NCBI GenBank assembly: GCA_965644295.1
Contig: CBFFRP010000058.1
Location: 239,561-303,560, forward strand
Length of the DNA: 64,000 nucleotides
Source: Paraphysomonas bandaiensis
Taxonomy: Eukaryota; Protista; Chrysophyceae
Reading direction: 5' to 3'
Shown here: piece after piece, positions 37,694 to 51,640 of the stretch
Layout: every line of letters begins with the position of its first letter
Position numbering within the stretch: position 1 is the first letter of the stretch
The notes under the pieces: generated by a model
Told to the model about the DNA's origin: nothing
The model's input: the letters and a program-made list of their open reading frames with translations, nothing else
Databases searched by the model: none
Translations under genes and position numbers: made by a program

Positions 37694-40691
37694 CTAGAAT
37701 CCCATTCCATCTTCTATTTCAACTGTGCTGAGCCTGGAGTGCAATGACAAAAACTTCCTATTTGACTGATGATCATTGGACTTAGTGCTATCGACGGTGG
37801 AATTAGTAGATATATGCATTGCGTTAATAGTGGTCTCCGTGCTTTGTTGCACTTCGTTGTATGAACTGGATGGCAAACGTGACTTAGTATCTGGAGTGGC
37901 CAACGAATCTATTCTTTCACTAGAACGAGTGGTCACGCTTCCACGATCAATAAACAGTCCGAGAGGGTCCTCTGTGTCGAATATCTGTTCCATTTTCAGC
38001 TGAAATCGATCCCGATAGGGTTGAGGTTTCATCACAGATATTCCATGCGGATCATGCCGACCAATATAGACCTTGACTGCACGTTCAATTTTCTTCCTAG
38101 TATTCCAATCTTGAAGAAAATCTACTATCCCCATATAATAGACAGCTGGACCAGAGACAGACTTGGCACAAAAACTTGAATATTTCTTCTTTCCAGTGGA
38201 AAATCGCAAACCACTTCCACCAGTAGGTTGACTATAAAACTCACTGCTCAAAAGCTCTCGCGAAGACTACGTGACAATGAGGGCGAATTTTAACTTTAGC
38301 ATAATGCGACTCACATTTCCATCATCTTCATCTTCGGCAGTGATATCAAATGTTCGCTTCTTTATTCCGACGATTAAGCTACTCAAGTGTGACATTAAAT
38401 ACAAACTCAGCAATTGAAAACACACCTGTAATCCATTACCCCCAACTCAGCGAGTAAATTGCTATCCTTTTTGATAATATCCAAAACATTAACTGCATCA
38501 CGAGGGCGGAGACTAATTTTCGTTCGAAGGTCATTGTCTTTAAGCACTACGTTGGCTTCATGAAACCCGACAATCTTGGGACATTTTTCCTCAGAGGACG
38601 GGAGAAACATCTCATTGCAGTGTCGGCATACCACACGTTTATTAGGCGGACTAGGGTCCGCACTCCTATTTACCCAACTCCCCTTTATGTCAAATCGCTC
38701 GTTGACATCAACTCCAGGCTCAAATATGTTGCGCATAACAACAAAATGAAAGGTTTGCGCATAAACACCGAGACTGTAGCTTCCGAGGAACCGTACAAGT
38801 AATGAAGAGGGGTTCTCTTTGAGATAGTCTTTGTATTGCCGGAGTGAACGGTGTAAGACCTTAGCTTCTGCAGGTTTAATAGTCTTCACTATAAAATCCA
38901 TTCCACCACAAAAAAACATAAATGCCCCACTAGCACCCTCGCTTAACTGTTCTTTTTCAGTGGACTCAAGTGCAGATAAGTACATACTGTTATCAATTCC
39001 TTCAAGCATGCGTATTTCCTCAAATAAATCAGGTGCAAAGGCTTTAAATGGGTGTTCATTCTCCAACATGAACTCCGAAACACCAATTTCAGACAGAATT
39101 GGATCGCGTTTCGTCCCGATACTCTTGAGTACATCCGCGCATGAGCACAATGCCTGCATAAATGGATTACTGCCGCTCCTGCGATCGCTAGGGTAGCTTC
39201 CCGCTGTAGCTTTGGACACCCCCATTGTTACGTACTTTACGATCTGCTGTCTGAGGGCGATATTCACCTACAACAACAAGAGATATTACATAGTGTGTGC
39301 AAATACAAAACGACATTAAGGTGTTATAAGCATGAATTATACCATCTCTACATAGCGTCATGAGCATTACACTACACGAATACTATGCACTTTAGGTATT
39401 GAGATGGAGATATATAAAACAAATATACCTGTGGGCTTAAATCTGTTTCATCAAAGTCGACAACAGTAAACTCTACAACATCGCCAAACACATCGTCGAA
39501 TCCACTTCCGCCCGATTCCGATCTGCTGCCATCTTCTTGTCCCACTTTCTGACTATAGGGAAGAAGACCTCCATCGCGCACCTCACTTCCCCAGTCTGCC
39601 TCCTCATCTTCAGTGTCGCCGTCAAGTGTTTTTTTCCGGTGTACTGACGGCTTGTGTGTGTCGTCAGAAGCAAAATCATGTTGCCAAAACCACACCAAGC
39701 CATCCACATATCCTCGACACGATACAATATACAAAAATACTTTGCTAAAAGTCTTCCATGTAGATTGATCGTATCCATTATTGGGATGAGAAGACACCAG
39801 TACAATAAAGAAGAAACACAAAAGTAGCAGGTAGGCCCCAAATGAAGTCAGACACTTAAACGTTTCCAATGCACATTTCTTTCGAATTTCAAAAGTCAGA
39901 GGTAGACCTTTTTTCAATCGCTGAGATGCAAATATCAAGGCACCAAGTTGAAACCCATACATACATACGATCCACACAAAATAATATCCCCACAAACACG
40001 GGTCGTGCGTGTCGGATATCTGCAGCCAGCATATACCGTCTTCAACTCTACCTTGACATGATGGCTGATTGTAAAGGGCAAATGTAATGAGAAACGAAAA
40101 TATCCAGACAATGGAGTGATACCGCCGCATATTGCCTTTATAGCTCGTAAAGGGATTTGTTAATGAAAATACAAGATCTAGAGCAATTGTAGTCAGCCAG
40201 CTCTCACTAGCCATGAGAAAAAAGTGGACAAAAACAGGATATCCTCGACACCCACGTGTGGGATCTAAATGATACTCAATTGCCATTAGAATAACTATCA
40301 ATGAAAAACAAAAATTTGCAGCAGCCCGGTAAAACACCATTGTACTAGGATGTTTACGCCATGGAACAATCATCATAAATGATGCACATACAGCCGCACA
40401 AGATACTAATGATAATATACCAGCAATTAACATATGTCCTGCAATTGTATTCCATGTAGTTAATGCAAGAATAAGACCAGATGTAACAAGTATAGGTGAA
40501 AATATGGGATACGATAAACGGAAATGATACCAAAATTCTGCACCACGAAATAGAGCCTCACCGGGTCCTGTTTTAGCATTAATGTATTTCATTTTTTCAA
40601 GTGATGGTGCAGCACCAAATACACTTAATGATACACTTTTTTTTACTGGTGTACGTGATTTTTTAATAGATTTTGTTTGTGTTGTTGACAT
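37694..40691 (-). CDS. GPCR-phosphatidylinositol phosphate kinase fusion (GPCR-PIPK / GK / RpkA-like), 4 exons
   Basis: 7TM region (HPSTMVF, ASESWLTTIALDL..NPF, GICW); linker DLSPQ|VNIALRQQIVKYVTMGV (LRxGI-type motif); PIP5K motifs EGASGAF, FIVKT, RFDIKGS, VLKDNDL, MDYSL, MGIVDFLQ..KKIE. Confidence 0.93.
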
Positions 40692-41355
40692 AATTTATAT
40701 AGTCTTTAATGAATGATAGAGTGAATAATTGAATGTATAATGAGTGTCAGTCGATCAGGAAGAATTTGTTTAGTTATACATGATATATGAATGTATTATT
40801 TATGATTTGTTTGGTATGTTATTTAATTATTAGTGTTATATAGTGTGATGTTATATATATATATATATGTATGTATAGCAATCTGCTGTATGGTTGTTAT
40901 ATACGTACATTTAATAGTACAGCGTACAGCAGTATAGTATAGTGCAGTACAAATACATATACAGTGTATGCACTGCTGTATATATATACTTTGTACATAC
41001 AACATACAGTAGTCAGTTTATCCATACACTTCGTACATAGTACCGAGTATAGGTATACTGAGTTACTGTAGACATGTTGCTATAATGCTAGAAATTAGAT
41101 ATTTTTAAGAATATTTTTGAGATTGCAAAAATAAATTCCTGATATTTAGATAAATTCAGGAAAAATCTTCTAGAAAGTATATGATAGTTCGTGGAATTTC
41201 AATTCAATATTTGCAAAATTACATCATACAAAAAAGTATAAATTTCTATATAAAACACTTACATTGTCCTGTAGACCTGTAGACAATATTTTTTAACCTC
41301 CCTAAAAAATCTCAATCCGTATATTCAGTAGTAAGTATTCTTATATGGGAGAAAG

Positions 41356-42923
41356 ATGGGATTAAATTACCGGAAGGGACGTACTTCAGCCCATGAAGAT
41401 CCGCAGAATGGGCATCTCTGCTTCGTTATATATACATACAGCCATCCACATATACATACATACATACATACATACATAGAGAGACAGCCTCATAATTCTA
41501 AGAGGTACAATACGTACACATTGTCCTATATATTGGACCCATTGGGTGGAATATGGAGAATAGGGAGAACTCCAAGGTGATTATGTGTATTCGTGGTGGT
41601 GGGGAAGTGTCATATGGAGATACGAATGCCTCTGAGAGAGACAGGTACCATACGTCTAGATGTATGTGTATATCTGAAGATATATGTGTATATGGGGGCA
41701 TGTATATATGAGGATACATAGAGATGTATGTATATATGAGGATGTGTGGAGATGTGGATGTGTCGATATGTATGAGTGTATATACACGTGTGTGAGGTGT
41801 TTATGTATATATATATGGTGACATGTAATATTTGTGTACATATGTGGCTTGTTATATGCGATATTGTATTAGTGGAGCTACATATACCATAAACTATAAA
41901 TAATACGAATCTACTGTAGCTTTAAGGGCCTGTCGACCAACAGATGCGACGTTATGGACGAAACGCTCTCTATCATACGATCTCGTGCCTACGAAGCTGA
42001 GGTGAATATAATGCTTTAGTATTATTCATATGGCATAATGTGTATGATTTTATTGTATTGTGATGATATTTAAAAACAGAACACGACCGAAACAGTTGAA
42101 ACTATTCCCACCCAATGCAAAACTGAACCGTTGAATGTGAAGGACCAGTCGTCACATATAGCTATGTCAGTACACCGAAAGCTGTTTCGACATACTTCTT
42201 CAGATCGAAATGCGACTCTTTTAAAGAGTCCACCCTCACCTGTGCTTCGCAAGAGGAAGCAACCTAATTCTGCTTCACGTTCGAGACGTCGTAAGAGCAC
42301 CAGCTACGACTTACACACTGGTACGTCCACTTTATTAGCTGTTGTGTGTGATGTTTACTGCTTGTGTGAGTGGTATAAATATATGTGGTAAGTAACACTC
42401 GAAAAAGCTATTGAACCTGCCAACTGGATGTGTACACTCATTATCTTGCGAAGGAATGGTGGCTCACTGTAATAGGTGCGGTAAGCTCGGCAAGTATCGT
42501 CAACCCACAACTGGAAGGGCTTTTCAACACAGCACTGGAGAGGGACGTTACTGCGGATACTTCAATGTCGACCCTCGCCCAGGCTCATTGGATGAATTGC
42601 GTGCTCAGAAAACGTCTTCCTCTCCAGTGCCAAGTGAGAGGGCGCAAAGCAGTGGTGGGCTTGATTTAGATTCTTCTGAGAATTTAGACATTGGGGACCC
42701 ATGCCTGTCGTTACGACAGAGTTTTACTGGTATTGGAATTGCTGCACCCTTTCGACTTGGCTCTCTGGAGGCAGAGACGACACAACATGTGACCCAATAC
42801 TGTGATATGACTTCTCCTCATCTTGGACGAAATACACACTTTTCCTCTATCTATACGTCTTGGGACGGACAATCAGACGACCAATTCGTCGATGTTAATC
42901 TGGATGTTCAATGCCAACATTGA
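41356..42923 (+). CDS. Hypothetical multi-exon protein with a basic patch and a small Cys/His motif
   Basis: In-frame GT-AG exon chain at ~41920-42001, ~42080-42320 and ~42454-42923; LRKRKQ..RSRRRK and HCNRCGK..H..YCGYF. The first exon is uncertain. Confidence 0.5.
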
Positions 42924-43611
42924 TATTTCCAGCCTACACTCTATGTTCATCACGTTGTTAACGGAACTAGAGTGGCTTGTTGCTTATTTACATGTTGACT
43001 ATTTTCATATAAAATGATATTCTCCCCTGGTCATAGGTCTCCTACGATTCCGTGTTGTCCTTTCGACCAGTAAGCTTTGTGCTTACAGAATTTTGAATTT
43101 CTTCTTTTCTGTACCGTATTACCACCAGGTTTGATAATCCAGAGTGGCCTGTTTATTATTACACTATATCGATATTATAAAGCTACATTACGACGTAATG
43201 GTTTCCAACGACATCTATCTGTTGGCCTTCCGATTAGTATACAGTATATACGTTACCTCTGTCGTCCGATTACCACTACGTTTACGAAATGGATGTGGCC
43301 TGTAGATTAATAGCATTCCTAATGCTTCTACGTTTTATTATGGAAAATTGTACTTCTTGTGTTGTGTCCTACTTATATATTTTGCGATTCAAATGATTTT
43401 CGTTTTTTCGTAATGTTCTGTTTCCACTATACATTCTACATATGTGTATCGTACAAAGTGAGTAGAATATTCGACGTTAATAGTAGTTGTATTACTCTGT
43501 TAAATAATATTTATGGATTAAACCAAAGGCCACTTGTATTGATGAGTCTATGAATTTAGTTTGAGGTGATTTGTAAGTATGTGATATATATAATTTTCAA
43601 TGCTTTGATAT

Positions 43612-44393
43612 CAGGGCTGCGTAACAACTAATTGAATTGCAATTAATTGCATGGAACATTCTTAATAATTGCAATTATAATTGCTCGCTGTAAGGTTGCA
43701 ATTAATTGGCAATTATTAACTATATAGTATAAGATATAAGCGCACATAATATTACAATTAGAAGTTGAAAAACATTAAGGCGAAAGCCATTATTTATTGC
43801 CCTTAATGGCTATTACAATAGTGGGAAGGTTGGCCTCTCATTATAACCTTTTTTGTTTACATTAAGACATTAAGAAAGGTACTGTTTTTTTGAACGGTCG
43901 ATTATGTGTGTTTCCTCTTAATTTTGAGCTACAAAACTTAGTTCAGCTCGATCCATAGTGTATATGTAATGCTCAGTATCCCTCTAGTTGAAGATATGTA
44001 ACTATATGTAGTGTGGCAATCATGTATATCTATATGTAGTGTGGCAATCATGTTCTTCCGATCGTGGATGCCTTACAGGACACTGCAGGATTTATGTTCA
44101 CTACGAACTGGATATACAGCGGTATGCACATGGATTATCAGGGCATTGTTCTGTTTTTTCAGACGAAAACCTGGATATTTAGAGTTTTGACCATGTAAAT
44201 ATCATACTCTGTCAATTATATCATCATTCGGTTGAAGATGCTATACGTGTTTGCAATGAGTAACGAAGTTAATTAAACAATAATTGGCACAGTTAAATTG
44301 CAATTAATTGCAAATATAATTGCGCGAGCTATAACTAATAATTGTAAAAAAACATTTGCAATAAAAATTGCAATTAATTATTACGCTGCCCTG
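43612..44393. mobile_element. Non-autonomous hAT element (782 bp)
   Basis: TIRs CAGGGCTGCGTAA / TTACGCTGCCCTG, perfect 8-bp TSD TTTGATAT (43604-43611, 44394-44401), subterminal CAATTAATTG repeats. Confidence 0.93.
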
Positions 44394-45196
44394 TTTGATA
44401 TTGATATGTATGCAAATTTCACATATAACACCCATGCAATACACTCGCAATACTTAAATAATCTAATGTAATCTATCAGATCCTGGTAACATTCATTGAT
44501 GAAAGATCTAAGCACAATCTAATGTTGTTGTTGAGCGTTGAGAGGCTCTGTAGTCGTGCAAAGCTGATTATGAAACCTGATCGTAAAAGCATGAATCCAA
44601 ATCGTCTAGAATCGAGCCATTAAACGCTGTAGGATGAATATGTCCTTCATAAAGCCCTGAAAGAAGATCCTGCTATGCCAGTGGAAAGCAAGAACTAGTT
44701 ACGATTCGTAGTCTGTTAGTACGTTAAAAAACTAGTAATTAAGGGAGCACCACACCACCTATATATTATGAGCGGTATTATCTACTTAGTATTAATGACC
44801 ATTATAATTGTTACTTGCCGGCAACTGGACTACCATAATGGTTACCAGGCCCTGAATTATACTTGTAATGCACTACGTCCACCTTTTATGTCAGTAATAA
44901 TATACTAATGGGGTATTGGGTATTGTAATAAATCTCGTTACACCTGCAGAGCAAATAATTTATGTTAATTTTATGATGAAAAATTTTCTAAGTATGAATA
45001 GGACAGAATATACGAAATTTGTGGTACTATACTCATAAGACGTATCTACATCAATAGCAAAGGGGTACAGTAGAGAAGACTCTATACTACTGAAACAACT
45101 AAAACGGCCGTTTTCGAAAGATTTATATCGAACAAGGTTACAATTGTACAACATCGATTCCACGACGATAGTGAGCTTGTGAAGTATATTACGTAA

Positions 45197-46015
45197 TCAG
45201 AGGTCTGACATTTCAGACACATCACTTGCATTGTCATCCACATCATCTCCAATGGATGCTTTCATATAGTCGTCATCCCCCCCCGAATTTGAGGAGGATG
45301 TTGTGTCTGAGGACTCCTTTCGGGTGTCCTCCGTAATGACAATATCTGCAGAAGCATACTTTGCAACCGCATCACGCACACGGAGATTGTACTTTTCTTC
45401 CGACTCCATGAGAAGAGCGGCAGCTTCACCATTGAGAGGATCCGCAGCATTTGGGTATCGCAGCAACTGTGGGAGGAATGATTCAAAGATATTCACAAGA
45501 TCTATACATATATCATTACTTTTGTCGCATACACAATATATACATACCGAACATCGGACTCCATGTTTGATTGATCACATCAAGACACACAGATCCACTC
45601 CGCTCATCAATATTTGGATGAAATATTCGATTCAGGAAACCAATACTAGGACTCTTATAAGGATATTCATTTGGTAATGTCACATGAACTTTCCATATGC
45701 CTCCTTCGTATGGTGTCTCAGATGGACCCGGAAACTTTACATAGAAATCTATATGTATATATTACATATGTATATATAGTAATCTATACGTGTATATGTA
45801 TGTATGCATATGTATATACAGTGAGAGGATCTAATAAACATATTGATAGATATATTGAAAAACTTACCATTCATACATGATTCATCTGGAACATGAAGTT
45901 GATAGCTACTCATCATCCTATGAAGATATACAAGGAATCATATGAAATAGATAGAAATCATTATAACATACAGTTTCATAATATCCATTTCACGTCTTTT
46001 ACTACCACTTGACAT
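45197..46015 (-). CDS. UBE2H: Ubiquitin-conjugating enzyme E2, UBE2H/Ubc8 type, multi-exon
   Basis: [94 protein letters not shown], acidic tail. Confidence 0.95.
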
Positions 46016-46108
46016 CTTCAAATTAATTTTAAGTTTCAAAATACAATTTTAAAGAATGTTATTTAGTCAAATGAGACTATTATGAATGCACAGAACAACT
46101 TATGGAAC

Positions 46109-46367
46109 ATGTATGTATGTATGTATGTATGTATGTATGTATGTATGTATGTATGTATGTATGTATGTATGTATGTATGTATGTATGTATGTATGTATGT
46201 ATGTATGTATGTATGTATGTATGTATGTATGTATGTATGTATGTATGTATGTATGTATGTATGTATGTATGTATGTATGTATGTATGTATGTATGTATGT
46301 ATGTATGTATGTATGTATGTATGTATGTATGTATGTATGTATGTATGTATGTATGTATGTATGTATA
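46109..46367. repeat. (TATG)n microsatellite upstream of UBE2H
   Basis: Pure tetranucleotide array. Confidence 0.98.
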
Positions 46368-46454
46368 TGATAAACATCCAGAAAGGGTGGGAACTAAAAT
46401 TTAGTAGGAGGAAATACAGGCAGACAGTAGATTGAGATGCTGACATATGGTTAT

Positions 46455-46983
46455 CTCCACTTTGAAGGGATTAATAGATTTTCAGTTTATAAATTTCCAG
46501 TTTTATAGAGTTTCAATAGATATTAAGATATTTAGGTATAGAAATCAGATATTTATATATAAAGAAATCCTATCGGAAGAAACCCTGAACAAGATTATAC
46601 AGATGTGTATATAGTATATAGTGAAATCCTATCAGGGAAACCCTTAATGGTCACTTCCACTTTGAAGGGATAGATGGATTTTCAGTTTATAAATTTCCAG
46701 TTTTATAGAGATTCAATAGATATTAAGATATTTAGGTATAGAAATCTATTATAGTTATACAGATATTTATATATATAGAGAATTTTTATCAGAGAAACCC
46801 TTAAAATAAGACCCACCCCAGTCACCTCCATACGTAGGAAGGGATTAGATGGATTTTATAAATTTCCAGTTTTATAGGATGGATATTTCTCCAGTTTCTA
46901 TAGATATCAAGATATTTAGGTATAGAAATCCCTTACTCTCTAGAAATTTAACATATCGGATCATCTCACTCCACTTTGACGGG
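46455..46983. repeat. Degenerate ~200-bp tandem repeat (about 3 copies) between divergent genes
   Basis: GAAGGGAT..TATAAATTTCCAGTTTTATAG..AAGATATTTAGGTATAGAAATC recurs at ~46460, ~46660 and ~46840. Confidence 0.85.
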
Positions 46984-47029
46984 CTCATATATATATATAT
47001 ATACTATGAATGGATTAGTATAGTGTACA

Positions 47030-47915
47030 ATGAATGTCACTGTTAATGTATATGATCTACCGGGACAAACCACTACTAACAACAATCTTTATCCTCTCGG
47101 TCTTGGATTCTATCACTCTGGTAAGTAACAGCTACATACATACATACATGCCCACACATACATATATATATACATACATACATATATAGTCACACCTCTC
47201 TGTGTCTGTATATCTGTATATGTATGTGTGTATGTAGCTGTATATATAGCCATATACAGACATACACACATCAGTATACATATATCTATACACACATACC
47301 TATATATACATATACATATCTAAGTAAACGTATATATTCCTATCAGGTGTACAGATTAATGAATACGAATATTCATTCTCTGAAACAGGAGTATGTAGAA
47401 CACGTCCATTATTACCTGTATATGGTACACTGAGAGCTCAGCTGTCTATGGGTCAATTCAATGGATCAGCTGCTGATATACTTATAATTATTAATAGACT
47501 TCGTAATAATACATTTAAACCAGAGGCATATGATATATTACGATGTAATTGTAATAATTTTTCAGAAGCATTTTGTATAGAGTTACTTGGTGTCTCACTG
47601 CCTGACTGGTTGAACAGAGCCGCTAGTTTAGGAAACACTGTTACTCCAGCTAATACACTACACGGGACTAAAGCAAAGACGTCACCGATAATTCCCGCTC
47701 CAGGACAAGTGAAATCTCCATCATTGTCACCAACCCCAGCTGCTCCTGCTTCAAGTACTTCAACAGTTTTCTCGTGGCTGTTCGGTTCGAGTTCTGGTCC
47801 CAAACCTTTGCGGTCATCTAGTTCTGAGGACAGTAACAGAACGAAAAAAAAGGAGTTAACAGAGGAACAAAAGAAAAAGCTGGCAGCAATGAAGAAAGCA
47901 AACGCTACAAGTTGA
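47030..47915 (+). CDS. PPPDE/DeSI-type isopeptidase (DESI2-like), 2 exons
   Basis: Exon 1 VNVYDL..GLGFYHSG (catalytic His), intron ~47121-47346, exon 2 YDILRCNCNNFS (catalytic Cys) and LPDWLNRAA. Confidence 0.92.
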
Positions 47916-49178
47916 AGAGAAAGAAGCCCCTGACATAAATATGATGAGATACACTACAAAATATGAAGTAGAAACTTTACAAAGAGTAGATCCGTGTTTT
48001 TTATGATTCTGTACTGTAATTTTGTAATTTACTGTTCAATGATGGATGTTACCAAAAGATATCTGTTACATGAGGCCAAGTATAATATAAGCGAAGTTTC
48101 AGTTCTAATGTTTACAATGATTCTCTCTGTTGCTCTCAGGGCCTGGCAATTATAATGGCAATAATTAAAAATGTCCCGACAATTAAGAAGATACGTACTC
48201 TAAGGAGTAGAGGGAAGGTCTGTAAATTTCATTTACATTTTGATTATCAGATTAATCAGTATAATAATCGAGATCGCATATATATATATTAGACAACTTG
48301 ATTTTAGGTTTAAAATATGGGATGCATTGTGTAGTCAAAATGGATGCCTAAGATTTAAACGTAGTCAAAATGGTTCAATTTTTGTGACACGGATTTTAGT
48401 GTAACGGCCTTGTCAAGTTAATGATAAAACTCGTCATAAATTCCATAAATTTCATAATTAAACTAATACCTTCAGACAGAATATTATAGGACCATATGAC
48501 GATCGCGTTGAGAGACGAAGGTTAAAGGACTTATAAACTATAAACGTCCTTCCCTGATGAACTCCTGCCCTTTCCAATTGTTTCTCCAACTTTCTGCCAC
48601 CTTCTAATTGACAATTATTTTTACATTTTTGTTTGATCGTAGTCATAAGACTTCATTGTCCTCTACTTATAAGGCATAGGTATAGTTGAGAAGGATTTAT
48701 GGTGTTTTTTATAAGTAAAATGGACTCTTGAGTTGTAGCAACGAGGTAATTCAACCATTTTGACAAGGTTGAATATAACTTGTCTCTAAATATATCGACA
48801 ATGCATGAGAAGTGTAACAAGAAGTAAGTAACAAGCACTGCTGGACAATTAAATTAGTCCTAAAAAAAGAACTGACACTATTTAGTAATAAGTCGTAAGT
48901 TCACCGCTAACAGTTGTCTGCTTTGATGTTAACTTTCTACAGATAACGGATAACATCTCAGCATCGCCATATAGACTATAAGACTCCTACACGTCACTCA
49001 TAACACGGCATCACACTTAAAACACCCACGACAGTAGACTCCTGTAAATAAGAAAAAATATAACACTCAGAAAATAGGGAACACATGGAAAAATTGTAAC
49101 ACGCGAATGACAATCAAAGAAGGTGTACACCGGTGTCAAACACAACAAATATATAGAGCACTGTCATAAAGAACATAC

Positions 49179-50998
49179 TCACCCCACGAGATCTGTCTCC
49201 GCATCTTCCTCGTCATCCTCACTGGAACTGTCTTCGTCCTCGTTGTCTGCATTGAAAATACTATCCCGCTCGCTTGCCACACTGCGCACACTTATATCAC
49301 TCCCACGTCCACCTTGCTGCAGTACACTCTCCCTCTGATCAAGTGGTACATGAGGTGTGTAAATACTCTCTACCGGGACTCCGTCTTTAGTTTGAGCGGA
49401 TTCCACATCATTAACACCAGTGGTAGCACTACCGCCCTCACGACTTTGAAAACTCTGTGCAGTGGGTATATCGTCCCTGGCGTCAAAATACTCGTCATCC
49501 GAAGCTGTTCATGAAATATTAGAAGTATTATTTCAAGTTCACTCGCACTTTCTAATATATTGCATAGGGTTAAATATGAGACAGTTTCCTACCTGTAGAT
49601 ATGGCTTCGTTTTCCTGATTATTACTAAACGCAACGTCTGAGGTCTTTGGATGCTTATCGTTGCTACGTGGTGCGCTACAATTAGCAAACTTTACCTCGC
49701 GCTTAGGGTCTTGCTCTGCGGTTCGATCTAAGGGTACGGTGCGGCTGATCATCTTACCATCGGTCCTATCTACAATACAGGGTCCCCTCGCTGCTCGGCG
49801 CTGTCTACTATTTAATAGCGGCTCTTTCATCCCACCGTGGTCCTTGATATTTAGGTCGGGGCGAGATTCATATAACAAGGCTTTATCCTCTCGACTCAAA
49901 CGGCGATAACGGTATACTGTGCGTTTATCTTTCGATATATCGGCATTTGTTTTCTCGGCATTTTCGAACATAACTGTTTTCTCCCTGGAACTACGTCTCA
50001 GATTCGTATCCGCAGTCACACCCACACAAAAACCCAGACCCATCAATTGCATAGCCCGACGGAAAGAACGGTTTAGATGAGGATCCTGCGTTTCAGCAGG
50101 GGCAAGTTAGACAATACAATGAACGTATCATTATTGCATACAGTTACAAGTTATATATAAAAGTACAATACGATGAGCTCACCTGCATTCCAAATACAAG
50201 GAAATTGAAAAAACCCGTCGTGTATAGTAGTATACGCGATAAGACCTCCAATAGAGGACTATGAATGCCACATATTTCTAGGATGTAAAATGCAATCGTC
50301 GGTGCCCAGCAAAGCATACACACAACGATGTAGTGGTACATAACTCGTTTTCTACGTTTGCGCACACTACGCGGAAATGCGCGTGACGACATACATTTAC
50401 GCACTTGAAAAAAAGCGTATACATTGATAGAAAACCCAATGGCTATCGGGATTAGTTCTGTAAACATGACCTCGTACCACTTTCCAAGTTTTTCATAGTC
50501 GGGCTCGCAACCAAGACTGTGTTCGCCGGTGTGTTGCTTTATGATTGCTAATAGTGCTCCAGGGATCGCAAAAACATAAACAAATGCAAAATAAGCATAA
50601 TCATAGTATCGTGATTCTTCTACTTCAGTTAGCCATTTGCGTTTACTGCAAGCTTGTACTGCCTCGAAAGCAATCACACAAGTCCATAACAAACTAGATA
50701 ATCTCGATAATGTTACTAGTGGACTGCATACATAACATACTCCAACAGGAACTTTACCAGGATCACCATAATCACCTGTAAATACCCAAAATAATGCTTG
50801 TATAAGACTTGCACTAAACCATAAGCAATCTGTCATAGCTAAGTTTAATATAAGACGAGCTGCACGTGGTTTAGTAGAAGTTGTCTTGACTAACAAGAAG
50901 GATATGATGACCATTAATGAGCCAATCAGTGAAAGAGCACTACAAAGAGCTGTTCCAAATGTATCTAATCTAGTTACAAGATTATCTGTTAGTTTCAT
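49179..50998 (-). CDS. 7TM GPCR of cAMP-receptor/GCR1/Git3-like type with a long cytoplasmic tail, 3 exons
   Basis: SALSLIGS, LILNLAMTD, SSLLWTCVIAF, YIVVCMLCWAP, TGFFNFLVFG; introns at ~50182-50088 and ~49590-49507; acidic C-terminus. Confidence 0.85.
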
Positions 50999-51640
50999 TA
51001 TGTATATATGTGTATATATGTATATATATGTGTATGTATGTAGATGTATGTGTGTGTATGTATAGAGGGGGATTGTATGGATATGAGACGATAGAGGTGA
51101 GGAGAGAGGGGAGGATGGGGTTAGGAGAAGAGGAAAGATGTGTGTGAAGTGTTTTTCTGTTATGTTATATATGCATTAATGGGATAGAATCAACTAACTG
51201 ATATATGGATATATATAGACATGGATGTGTATATATGTGTGTATATATGTGTGTATATATGTGTATGTATATACACTGCACAGCAGTATGCATATATAGA
51301 CGTGTGTCCATCTGTATATAATACATACATATACTGCTGTACTGCTGGATATGAGTATAGTGTATTGCCTGTATGTACAGCAGTACATATGCATCTTATA
51401 TCCTATCCAGATATCTGTACAGTCGCATCATGGTGAATCCACGATTAGAAAACTCAGGGTTTTGTTGAAAAACACAGGTTTAAAAACTATAGGTTTATAT
51501 ATAAATCGGGGAGTTTATGAAAAAATCCCCGTATCGTCACTATAACGCAGCCATCCTGGACAGAATTTCATCTATTTTTAATTTTTACAATAAAATCTCT
51601 GTTTTTTGTCAGGTAAATGCACTGGGCTGTGAAGCAAGCG

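Noticed and set aside
48100-48900. Possible transposon remnant between DeSI and the GPCR
   Set aside because: No TIR/TSD pair or protein motif could be identified by eye.
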